A DNA stretch of 34,921 nucleotides, taken from Candidatus Thalassarchaeum sp. (GTDB lineage Archaea > Thermoplasmatota > Poseidoniia > Poseidoniales > Thalassarchaeaceae). Shown here in pieces: positions 1-8,511 of this stretch; positions within the stretch are counted from its first letter, which is position 1; every line of letters starts with the position of its first letter. The notes under the pieces were generated by a model that saw nothing but the letters and a program-made list of their open reading frames with translations, did no database searches and was not told the DNA's origin. Location of the stretch: NCBI GenBank assembly GCA_022449845.1, contig JAKUOE010000003.1, forward strand, positions 5,166-40,086, in the 5' to 3' direction. The translations under genes and the position numbers were made by a program.

Positions 1-959
1 TCAGAGAATGGGCCGTCTGAAAGAGCGACCTCCCCGAGAGTGGGGTGCCCTGAGATGTGGACCTTGCCGTGCACAGTTACCGGGTGTTGCCAAGGTGAGA
101 CACCAGCAATGACGCGGAGTCGGCTTGATTTCCCACAACCTGAAGGTCCCCTGAGCAGGACAATCTGGCCACCCTTCAACAATTCCTTGTGCCGTCCAAT
201 GCTTCGGCCATCCGGCAAACGAATCTCAAGGTCAAGGCCCAATTGCACCGAGGTCGAGAAATGGTAAGGGTTGACACCGTCTTCGCGGACATCCTCACCA
301 AGGGCAATCTGAACGATTCGGCGCTTAACACCGTGTCTCCAGCGTCTCGGAGCGAGAATCCCACGTGATTGAACGGCATCCCCCAAATCATGGGCATGGT
401 CGAGTGAATCCGCCAACCATCCTGGCCAGATTGAGGCCCGGGTTCGAAGCGCCTGCAAACCGGATTGATCATCGATGAAACCGCGTTCCTCAAGCGTCTC
501 CAAGCGCCATTTTGCACTCCGTTCTAATCGGGGGACAAGACGTAAGGCGATGGCTAGAGAGACACCGAGTCGAGGCAAGACCCAATCGAAGGCACGGACG
601 ACGTCGGAAGGTGGAACCGACCAAGTCAAAATCTGCATCCCGAGCAGAGCGATGAGCAATCGACCCATGAGCAGTAGAATACGCTGCCAATCTCCCGATC
701 CACTAAACAGAAACAGAACCAATCCGTAAAGAATGGACAAGGGCAACCAGACGCGCAGCCATCGGAACAGAGAGGTCGGGCCAACCATGTAGGCAGACCA
801 AAGAAACAGGAAACTACCCCAAGCTGCGAGGTGTCGCCATTCGAGCAATAGGGGTAGAACGACGACGAGAACGAGGAATGGAAGACGAAAGTGGCGAGGG
901 GGGCCCAGACGAGCCGCTCTCTCACCTTGCCAACCCCAGATTGAGATGAATATCGCCTC
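1..959 (-). CDS. ECF transporter EcfT transmembrane domain fused to ABC ATPase domain (runs off the window start; start codon uncertain)
   Basis: Manual translation gives one open frame from 959 down to the window edge. Hydrophobic helices and EcfT-like segments (VSLAIALRLVPRLERS, SLDHAHDLGDAVQSRG) continue in frame into IVLLRGPSGCGKS (Walker A at 126-149). Absent from the ORF track because the stop lies outside the window. Confidence 0.8.
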
Positions 960-973
960 CTATGGAGGCGATA
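951..973. repeat. Perfect 10-bp inverted repeat between the DUF4430 gene and the EcfT gene
   Basis: TATCGCCTCC-TAT-GGAGGCGATA. Confidence 0.6.
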
Positions 974-1005
974 CGGAGAGAAGCGGACTTTGAGTATTGA
1001 CCTCG

Positions 1006-3006
1006 TCAGAACTGGCCAACGTCAAAATGCCAGTCGATATGGTCCCCCGCTTCGACCACTTGTTCGGCCATGCCAATCGTCCCATATCCACCGTTCAGAT
1101 CATAACTCCACCAGCGCCCATCTGAACCACCAGTGGCATCATTGACATCGAGTAAGAATGGGCCCAGAATTTGTGATTCGACTTCGTAATCATACTGATA
1201 GTCAGCCAGCGTGTCCATGGTCACCATCTCGACCGTGGTTCCAACGTCAACTTCGATGGCTGCGACAACGATGCAGTAACTCCCTTCTGGAGCAGGGGTT
1301 GCGAGCCAAGACATCCCTGTTTCTCTCGAATAGATTTCACCTTCATCACAGGATTCCGGAGCAAATGATTCGGGGAAATGAAACGCGACGAGAACTTCGT
1401 TTTCCGCCAAACCATCATCCAGTGCTGAAACAAGGGTTCCAACACGAGTTCGCTGGCTTGAGTCTGCCTCTGGATCAGCCACAATATGTGTGTTGTAGAA
1501 TGTGCCAACCATCGCTAGCCCGAGCAAGACCATGAAGGCAGCTCCGATGCGAATCATACGCCGGGTATCAGAACTCACTGAGAATTGTGCTAGAATCAGA
1601 AATAGTGCAGCACCGATGAAGGGGAGAATCACAATGCCTGTGGCACCTTCTTCAGTTGATTCCGAGATTCCATCATCCTGTGGTTCTGGAGATTCCGCTG
1701 TGTTCTCAACTGTTCCAAGAGTGTCATCGGCTTTCGCATGAATCGAATTCCAATCAAGAGGGTCGTAGCGCACTTCGAGCCAAGAGGCATCGTTGGCTGC
1801 AGCATGAACCAGCCCATCTGAGCCGCAACCCGCCGTCACATAGCCCGACACGTCAGGAATCCATTCGATACTGTGATTGGCATCGATGGCGAGGAACCAC
1901 GAACCCATCGCTGTATTCTGAGGCAAACAAATCGAAATCACATCGTCCCATTGGATCCAACGAATCTCGCCCACCACATCACTGGCATTCCAACGAATGG
2001 CTTCGAACATCGTTCCATTGACCACGCCGTAATGGACCGCGTCATCATTGCCCGCAAAGACAGTGAGTTGATTCATTCCGGATGGTGTCGTCGCTGTACC
2101 TGAACCCAGAGTAATCGAATCGAGGAGAGTTGTATTTCCAGATTGATCCCACTGGATCCGAACAAGATTGGATTCACCTGTCGAATGGAGGTGCAACATC
2201 ACGCCATGTTCAAACTGGAATATGGGGGTTGAACGAATTCGCCAAGTCCCGGTCAGATTGGCCAGTTCCACAATGTCGATGTCATCGAGGAGAACTGAGT
2301 TCGAATCATATCGCAATAGATGCCCGGTTTCGGTGCCCTGCAACCACCCTACAGATGTCGTGATGCTTCCATTCGCATCGGCCTCCATGTCCACCCAAGC
2401 CCCAAGATTGGCGCGATATGTGCGAAGGCCGGAATCGTGGTGTTGATGCAAGATTGTACCATTGGCGGCACAGACCTGGATAATCCCTGTCTCTGTAGGC
2501 CATACAATTTCGCCTGTTGTCGCGAGGAAGCCGCCGCCAGTAATCCCCCAATCGGGTGCCGAAGTTGAGACGTTCCACATCTCATCTCCAGTGGCGAAGT
2601 CATGTGCGGTGAGGATTCCAGAAGTCCAACCTGTGACAATCACGTCCCGTTCGGTCTCACACGGGTGACTGGAGTCAGATGCACCTGCGATATGCGAGAG
2701 TGGAGCCACTTCGAATCCACGATTGCTCTGAGAATGTAGGGACCGCCAAATCTCGACGCCTGTATCCGCACGATACGCCACTAGGCCGGCGCCCTCTCCT
2801 GTATTGGGATTGCCTCCACCCTTGACGATGACAAGACCGTCTTTCACCAGAGGGGCCGTGGAAATGTATCCAATGTCGACGCTCGCATTCCATTGAACAT
2901 CTGGCAACACAGGATCCGTAATCCATTCAGCGTGACGACCTTCGCTCGCCTCAGCCGGAAATGCAGCGAGAAGAAACAGGGTGAGTATGAGCAATGCTCG
3001 TCGCAT
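1006..3006 (-). CDS. Secreted PQQ-type beta-propeller protein with two TM helices and a C-terminal DUF4430 (transcobalamin-like) domain
   Basis: Signal peptide; BamB/PQQ-like repeats (LVAYRADTGVEIWR, LTAHDFATGDEMWN); two hydrophobic helices; C-terminal WWSYDLNGGYGTIGMAEQVVEAGDHIDWHF typical of DUF4430. Confidence 0.75.
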   Translation of the reverse strand: MRRALLILTLFLLAAFPAEASEGRHAEWITDPVLPDVQWNASVDIGYISTAPLVKDGLVIVKGGGNPNTGEGAGLVAYRADTGVEIWRSLHSQSNRGFEVAPLSHIAGASDSSHPCETERDVIVTGWTSGILTAHDFATGDEMWNVSTSAPDWGITGGGFLATTGEIVWPTETGIIQVCAANGTILHQHHDSGLRTYRANLGAWVDMEADANGSITTSVGWLQGTETGHLLRYDSNSVLLDDIDIVELANLTGTWRIRSTPIFQFEHGVMLHLHSTGESNLVRIQWDQSGNTTLLDSITLGSGTATTPSGMNQLTVFAGNDDAVHYGVVNGTMFEAIRWNASDVVGEIRWIQWDDVISICLPQNTAMGSWFLAIDANHSIEWIPDVSGYVTAGCGSDGLVHAAANDASWLEVRYDPLDWNSIHAKADDTLGTVENTAESPEPQDDGISESTEEGATGIVILPFIGAALFLILAQFSVSSDTRRMIRIGAAFMVLLGLAMVGTFYNTHIVADPEADSSQRTRVGTLVSALDDGLAENEVLVAFHFPESFAPESCDEGEIYSRETGMSWLATPAPEGSYCIVVAAIEVDVGTTVEMVTMDTLADYQYDYEVESQILGPFLLDVNDATGGSDGRWWSYDLNGGYGTIGMAEQVVEAGDHIDWHFDVGQF

Positions 3007-5027
3007 CAGAGCAGCCTCTGAATTTGTTCTTTCAGGGCAGCTGAGACGGCCTTTCCATCGGCGGCGCCCCCTAGTTTACCCATGACCACACCCATCAGTG
3101 GCCCCAGGGCTTCCATGCCGCGCTCTGCAACAAATTCAGCACGTTCGGCTAGAACTTCAGCGACGGCTGCATCAACAGCTCCGGTATCTGCAGGCTCAAA
3201 TCCTCGAGATGCGGCCTCTGCGCTCATCCATTCGAGCAAAGTTGGGATGTCATCGGTAGTCGCATCGTTGACTAGAGGTTCGACCCCTTCTCGGGTAATT
3301 GCACCCGATTCTCGAAGATGGATGGCGGCCGCAAGAGCGGTGACTTTCGCAGTACCATGATCCAACAATGCACTGGCCCAGGCCTTGGTTGGAAGAGAGA
3401 GTTCGCCTGAAATCCCATCCATGAAATAATCGTCAAGTTCACCGCTCAGCAGAGCCGATACCTGATTTTCAGAAAGATCTGTGGTGCCGAGGCGGGCGAG
3501 GCGTTCATCACGACTTGGAGGCAGATTTGTTCGAATCGATGTCCAAAATTCAGAAGCGATTGGAGTCGTGGGGATGTCGGTCTCCGGGTACATCCGTGCC
3601 CCACCCGGCAAGGGTCGCATCGCTGTGGTCGTACCGTCTTCTGGTTCGCCTTTGCGAATGACAACATTGCGAACCTCCTGTGGGATTCGATGGTAAGCCA
3701 GACAAGCACGCGAATGAACGCCTTCGAGGGCCAATTCCGCCTGCCATTGCGGAGCGACACAGAGAACGAAGCAATCACCGAGTTCGGCTGCGCATGCAGC
3801 GGTTTCGGCTTCCGTGATTCCATAGGCTGGCAATTCGTCCGAGTGGAAAATACCACGAACACCCGCCAACTTCGCTGCACTCGCCAGTTCACGACCGAGT
3901 CTGGGCAACTGAGCACCCTGTTCGTCCAATGTCTTGGAACCGAGTTTACCCGACAATCCCGGAAGAGGTAGTCCGAGAACAACGGCACCGGTCGACATTG
4001 ATTCGGACACCATCTTGGATTCGCAATTGGCGAAAGTCGCCGAAATGTCGTGGAGTTTGAATGGCATCTGTTCAGCGACCTTCTCAGCCACCGATGCCTC
4101 AACGGTTGAATCGTCAAGATTGCGATGTTCCGGCAACGGGTCAACACCGAGTTGGGATCTAAGTTCGTTGGCCAAACGATGGAAGTGCAGTTGGCGTGCC
4201 ATCTCAAGGCGGATGATTCGTGGAATCCAATCGAGGTCTTGACAACCCTTGATTTCCACACGGTCACCCGGTCCGATACTGACGTTGAGGTCTTGACGAA
4301 TCGAACCTAAACCGCGACGGACGCGACGAGTGTCTCGCAGAAGAGTCCCCAATGCGAGAGCGGTCTCCTTGGCATGTTCGGGAGTCTGTACATCGGGAGC
4401 CGTGGCGACCTCAACCAATGGTACTCCAAGTCGATCTAGGTTGTAGACGACCTGTTCACCACCCGAGGTGGCGCGAGTATCGAGTTTGCGAGCGCTGTCC
4501 TCCTCCAGACAAATGACGTCGATTCCCACGGGCCCTGTCGGCGTCTGAATGGAACCATGTGTGGCGATGAGTGTTGTGCGTTGGAAGCCACTGGTGTTGG
4601 AACCATCGACCACTGTCTTGCGCATCGCTTGAAGGGCACCCACCGGTTTGGCATCCATCATGGCCGCCATCATCAGGGCAACTTCGACGGCATCCTCATC
4701 GTGATCGAGAGGAGGGGCTTCGTCCATCTCAATGAGGCCGGCGTTGGGTGATTGATAGTAAACGAAGGAGCGATTTCGTCGCTGTTCAAAGCGTGCGGCG
4801 ATATCGATACGGCCACCTTCTCCACGAGCGGCACGGAGGCGGCGATGGGCACTGGGCCATCGACCTTCGATGTCTTCGATACCGTCGGCGTACAGAGTGC
4901 TGGGCTGACGGGAATGCAATTTCCCCGTGGCCAATTGCTGATGAACCTCTAAACCGCACATGAAGCCAAGAGCCGCCGGGTCCAAGCCGTCGGCATCCGC
5001 GACATCGCCAGGAACCCCCTCGGCCAT
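3006..5027 (-). CDS. gatE: Glu-tRNA(Gln) amidotransferase subunit E
   Basis: CGLEVHQQL, MRKTVVDGSNTSGFQRT, LEEDSAR, GLGSIRQDLNVSI, HSDELPAYGI, RPLPGGARMYPETDIP. Confidence 0.97.
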   Translation of the reverse strand: MAEGVPGDVADADGLDPAALGFMCGLEVHQQLATGKLHSRQPSTLYADGIEDIEGRWPSAHRRLRAARGEGGRIDIAARFEQRRNRSFVYYQSPNAGLIEMDEAPPLDHDEDAVEVALMMAAMMDAKPVGALQAMRKTVVDGSNTSGFQRTTLIATHGSIQTPTGPVGIDVICLEEDSARKLDTRATSGGEQVVYNLDRLGVPLVEVATAPDVQTPEHAKETALALGTLLRDTRRVRRGLGSIRQDLNVSIGPGDRVEIKGCQDLDWIPRIIRLEMARQLHFHRLANELRSQLGVDPLPEHRNLDDSTVEASVAEKVAEQMPFKLHDISATFANCESKMVSESMSTGAVVLGLPLPGLSGKLGSKTLDEQGAQLPRLGRELASAAKLAGVRGIFHSDELPAYGITEAETAACAAELGDCFVLCVAPQWQAELALEGVHSRACLAYHRIPQEVRNVVIRKGEPEDGTTTAMRPLPGGARMYPETDIPTTPIASEFWTSIRTNLPPSRDERLARLGTTDLSENQVSALLSGELDDYFMDGISGELSLPTKAWASALLDHGTAKVTALAAAIHLRESGAITREGVEPLVNDATTDDIPTLLEWMSAEAASRGFEPADTGAVDAAVAEVLAERAEFVAERGMEALGPLMGVVMGKLGGAADGKAVSAALKEQIQRLL

Positions 5028-5079
5028 GACGCGAGTCCAACCGCTGCCCCCCTAAAGGGGCAGCGGTGTCTGACATCTC

Positions 5080-7233
5080 TCAGTTGTTATATCGCCACAA
5101 TCCGATTCGTGGTGAGTACAAATCGCCACGATTTCGCATATTGTTGAGGACACGGTCAACGGTGTCTTCGTCGTATCCCTGCTCGCTTGCAGCGTTGTAT
5201 ACGTCTGGAGTGGTACATTCGCCATCGAGTTCACGACAGAGGTTGCGGACAATCGACATGATGGTTCTCTCTGCACTCTGAGCGCGCTTGCGCATCCCTG
5301 AAGTCGGATCATCGGGGTTAATTCCATCACCCTCGCTGAGATATCGCCAAAGTTTGTCCATTGCAATGGCTTCCTTGGCGTCTTCATCTGTGACCTCATT
5401 GCGTAGGAACAAGCGAGCTCTGGCTTCGGCCATTCGCAAGGTTCCCTCAATTGAACGAGCGGTCAAAGCAACGGTGTTTCCTGAGTCTTGGCCTTCCTTT
5501 CTTTGATCGGTATAGTAATCGACAAGAATTTTCATGGGGGACTCATCACATGTTGGATGGTATTCTCGTTTGCAGTGAGCCACATATTTCTGTAGGAAAT
5601 CAATCGTTAGAATCTCCTCGTCATCTACATTCTGATAATACATTTCACCCCGATGGACGTCTTTCGGCTCGACCTGTTCACCACTCTCAATCAGATGTTC
5701 TGGAACCCCCGAACGCTTGGCTCGAATGATGTATTCGCCAATCTTTCGATCTCGGCTCTCAATTACATCGTCTTTGATCATCCAAATAATGTCGAAACGG
5801 GTAATCAGAGGCTGGGGTAAATCGATTTGATTGTTGAGATAAGTGGAGGGTTCGCCATCGACGACAGGAACCAGGCGACCACCATGCTTCTTGTTCGGAT
5901 TCGCAGCCGCTAGAACAGCACAGCGCGTGGGCATGGTTGCGCTAATTCCGCCTTTGTTGATGTTGATGCGCTGTTGTTCCATGGCCTCGTGCATAGCGCC
6001 TCGATCTTCGGGCGACATCTTGTCGAATTCGTCAACTGCACAAAGGCCCATGTCCGCCAACACAAGCGCGCCTGCTTCTAGTGAGAAGCGGCCATCGTTG
6101 AATGCGTCTCTGACCGCAGCCGCCGTCAATCCGGCCGCACTCGTCCCACCACCAGTGGTGAATCGACCACGTGGTGAAATCATACCCATGAATGTCAGCA
6201 ATTGCGACTTGGCGACACCGGGGTCACCGAGCAACAGGATGTGGATATCACCACGGGTCCGTGTGCCGTCACTGAACTTTCGTGAGACGCCACCGAACAA
6301 TTGTAAAATCAATGATTTCTTGATGTAATTCATCATATCGTCGCCGACGATAATCGATGGCGCAATCGAGCGAATGAAGAGTTCAAAGAGATCTTCGCGC
6401 TTCGCAATTTTCTCAATTTCTAGAATCTCTTCAGGGGTGGTCTTCACTTCTTCCAGAGGGATGTTCTTGTGTTCGCTGGAATGCAACGAAATGTAGACGT
6501 CGAACATGGGTGTCTTCGTTCCACCTCGCTTGAGGGTTCGAACATAGGGGATACCATTGATTCGAATACGCTCACCGGGCACGTGTTTGCCGGCCAATTC
6601 CGCTTCAGCCAACACGCTCAGACGAACGGGTTGAGAACCAGGTTTGACGTTCTCAGGAAGTTCTTGGACTTCGATCCATTGATTGTCAATCATGGTGGAA
6701 TCTTCCCATCTGAGATCGAATCGAGTCTGGCCCCCCGCCCTTCGACGACCGCAACCACCGGTGTCTGGACACTCCAATGGTTCAATCAATTCCAATTCGT
6801 TGGGTTGAGAAATCGGAAGGGTGTTTCCGCACGTTGTGCAGGTGAAGATGGCCTCGTAAATTCGAGGTTTGAGTTCACTCACCTTGGTGACAATCACTTC
6901 GGAAGTCGTGAACGTCTCGACCTGATCGCTGCTAATGGCTCGAAGTTTGTGTAATACATCGGGTGGAAGACCGGAGATTCGAATTCGCGGATTCGCTTCA
7001 TATCCAGATTCTCGACACATTGCGGCCAAAACCGTGTCCGCGTTGCGAAGGGTCGCTCTCGGGTGTTTTAGGATCAATTCTGCGAAGGGAACATCCCATG
7101 ACTGGATATTGGCGTACTCCATCATGAAGGCCGTTTGTTTGGGCCATGATGCGGCGAGTGTGGAGATCTCATTGGCACAGGTTTCCTCAAAGAAGGAGCG
7201 CCATCGAGCGCCCGAATCATGAACCGAAAGCAT
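5080..7233 (-). CDS. mcm: MCM replicative helicase
   Basis: Zn finger CTTC..CPDTGGC, RGDIHILLLGDPGVAKSQ (Walker A), VDEFDKM (Walker B), HEAMEQQ, AAANP, TRFD, C-terminal winged helix. Confidence 0.97.
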   Translation of the reverse strand: MLSVHDSGARWRSFFEETCANEISTLAASWPKQTAFMMEYANIQSWDVPFAELILKHPRATLRNADTVLAAMCRESGYEANPRIRISGLPPDVLHKLRAISSDQVETFTTSEVIVTKVSELKPRIYEAIFTCTTCGNTLPISQPNELELIEPLECPDTGGCGRRRAGGQTRFDLRWEDSTMIDNQWIEVQELPENVKPGSQPVRLSVLAEAELAGKHVPGERIRINGIPYVRTLKRGGTKTPMFDVYISLHSSEHKNIPLEEVKTTPEEILEIEKIAKREDLFELFIRSIAPSIIVGDDMMNYIKKSLILQLFGGVSRKFSDGTRTRGDIHILLLGDPGVAKSQLLTFMGMISPRGRFTTGGGTSAAGLTAAAVRDAFNDGRFSLEAGALVLADMGLCAVDEFDKMSPEDRGAMHEAMEQQRININKGGISATMPTRCAVLAAANPNKKHGGRLVPVVDGEPSTYLNNQIDLPQPLITRFDIIWMIKDDVIESRDRKIGEYIIRAKRSGVPEHLIESGEQVEPKDVHRGEMYYQNVDDEEILTIDFLQKYVAHCKREYHPTCDESPMKILVDYYTDQRKEGQDSGNTVALTARSIEGTLRMAEARARLFLRNEVTDEDAKEAIAMDKLWRYLSEGDGINPDDPTSGMRKRAQSAERTIMSIVRNLCRELDGECTTPDVYNAASEQGYDEDTVDRVLNNMRNRGDLYSPRIGLWRYNN

Positions 7234-7303
7234 CCAACATCCTCCACACAGGGCATTCGCATCGGAAATCCGAGTCCCATTAACTTAGTGGAAGAAGAGG
7301 TCC

Positions 7304-7326
7304 AAACCCCCTCATTTCCACTGGAA
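7304..7326 (-). promoter_or_regulatory. ORB (Orc1/Cdc6 origin recognition box) with G-string
   Basis: Minus strand reads TTCCAGTGGAAATGAGGGGGTTT, matching the euryarchaeal TTCCAGTGGAAA..GGGG ORB pattern. Confidence 0.75.
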
Positions 7327-7356
7327 TCAGAACCTTACGATACAAGCAATCAGGGC

Positions 7357-7396
7357 CCACTGGATTTCCAATGGAAGGATTTCCAATTGGATTTCC
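7357..7396 (-). repeat. Cluster of mini-ORB-like repeats
   Basis: GGATTTCC at 7362, 7377 and 7389; minus strand gives TTCCATTGGAAAT and TCCAATTGGAAAT; CCACTGGA at 7318 and 7357. Confidence 0.6.
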
Positions 7397-7445
7397 TACC
7401 ATTTTCGTGGGAAGCCCTTTGAACGGCCGACATGGAGCCGGGGAC

Positions 7446-7874
7446 ATGGAACACACACGTTCTGGAAGTGACATCCTCGTGCGACTTGATCCAGGGGAAG
7501 AAATTCATGCATCCCTACAGGAACTGGCAGATGACCTTGGGTTTGATGCGGCCGCGATTACAAGTGGTATTGGTAGAACTCGTGACAATCAATATGGATA
7601 CATGAATGCGGAAGGAGTGTACCAAAGGCGACCTTTGGACCCCCCATCAGAATTGGTGAGCCTCTCGGGCAACATTGCTCGCACAGAGAAGGGGGAAGCA
7701 TTCACCCATATCCACTGCTGTTGGTCCGATGATGACAACAACGTCCATGCTGGCCATTTGTTTCAAGCGACTGTGCATGTCGTGGCTGAGATTCACCTTA
7801 GGGTCATGGATCATGCGTCGATGACACGTTGTCCTCTAGCCGACTTGGAGTTACTGGGTCTGGAATTTGACTAG
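7446..7874 (+). CDS. PPC/DUF296 domain protein
   Basis: VRLDPGEEI, SGIG, ELVSLSGNI, FTHIH, AGHL. Start placed at ATG 7446 rather than 7371. Confidence 0.9.
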   Translation: MEHTRSGSDILVRLDPGEEIHASLQELADDLGFDAAAITSGIGRTRDNQYGYMNAEGVYQRRPLDPPSELVSLSGNIARTEKGEAFTHIHCCWSDDDNNVHAGHLFQATVHVVAEIHLRVMDHASMTRCPLADLELLGLEFD

Positions 7875-7884
7875 ATAGGATGAC

Positions 7885-8511
7885 ATGGGTCGGATGATGA
7901 TGCGGGTTCTGTTCGCCCATGGATTTGAAGGCGCACCTGATGGTGGCAAACCCACGTACATGAGCGAAGTTCTAGGATGGGATGTCACCACACCAATCAT
8001 GTCGTCGAAAGGTTGGAACATCGAGCAGGAAACTGATGTGCTGCTCGACCATATCGATGCTGAGGAGTTCGATCTTGTTGCGGGTTCTTCGATGGGAGGA
8101 TTGGCCGCAGCCAACGCCAGCGCGCTGCGACCAAATGCACGGTTCGGATTGCTGTTGATTGCACCCGCATTCGGACTCGCAGAAATGTGGCGTTCAAATC
8201 TCTCACCAGAAGAGATGCAGGCTTGGGAAGATGACGATGGGCGCGCCTACCATCACCACGGTTTTGGACACGATATTACGCTTGGATGGGATTTCATGCA
8301 AGCAGCAGAAAAAATGTCGTGGCCACGGTTGAATCATCCGACTGTAATCTTGCATGGCTTGCAGGATGACATTGTGCCCATTGACAACTCAAGACGAATT
8401 GCCAGCGAGCAAGAAAATGTCGCAGCACTGATGGAAATCGAAGATGGGCATCGAATGCAAAAGGCCACAATGCATTTCGAAACGGCCGCTGAAATCTGCC
8501 TCAGAACATGA
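7885..8511 (+). CDS. Alpha/beta hydrolase (YqiA/UPF0227-like esterase)
   Basis: HGF oxyanion motif, GSSMGG nucleophile elbow, HGLQDDIVP, DGH. Confidence 0.9.
   Translation: MGRMMMRVLFAHGFEGAPDGGKPTYMSEVLGWDVTTPIMSSKGWNIEQETDVLLDHIDAEEFDLVAGSSMGGLAAANASALRPNARFGLLLIAPAFGLAEMWRSNLSPEEMQAWEDDDGRAYHHHGFGHDITLGWDFMQAAEKMSWPRLNHPTVILHGLQDDIVPIDNSRRIASEQENVAALMEIEDGHRMQKATMHFETAAEICLRT

Noticed and set aside
951..1005. Cobalamin riboswitch near the B12-type genes
   Set aside because: The gap is too short, only a simple hairpin is present and no B12 box was recognised; the upstream gene overlaps gatE
3446..4267. 273-aa alternative-frame ORF inside gatE
   Set aside because: Fully nested in a conserved gene; Arg/Cys-rich shadow composition
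5080..7233. Intein in MCM
   Set aside because: Length of 717 aa and contiguous Walker motifs leave no room for an insertion
7371..7445. N-terminal extension of DUF296 (GFPIGFP)
   Set aside because: It is a translation of the mini-ORB-like repeats; the domain begins at 7446
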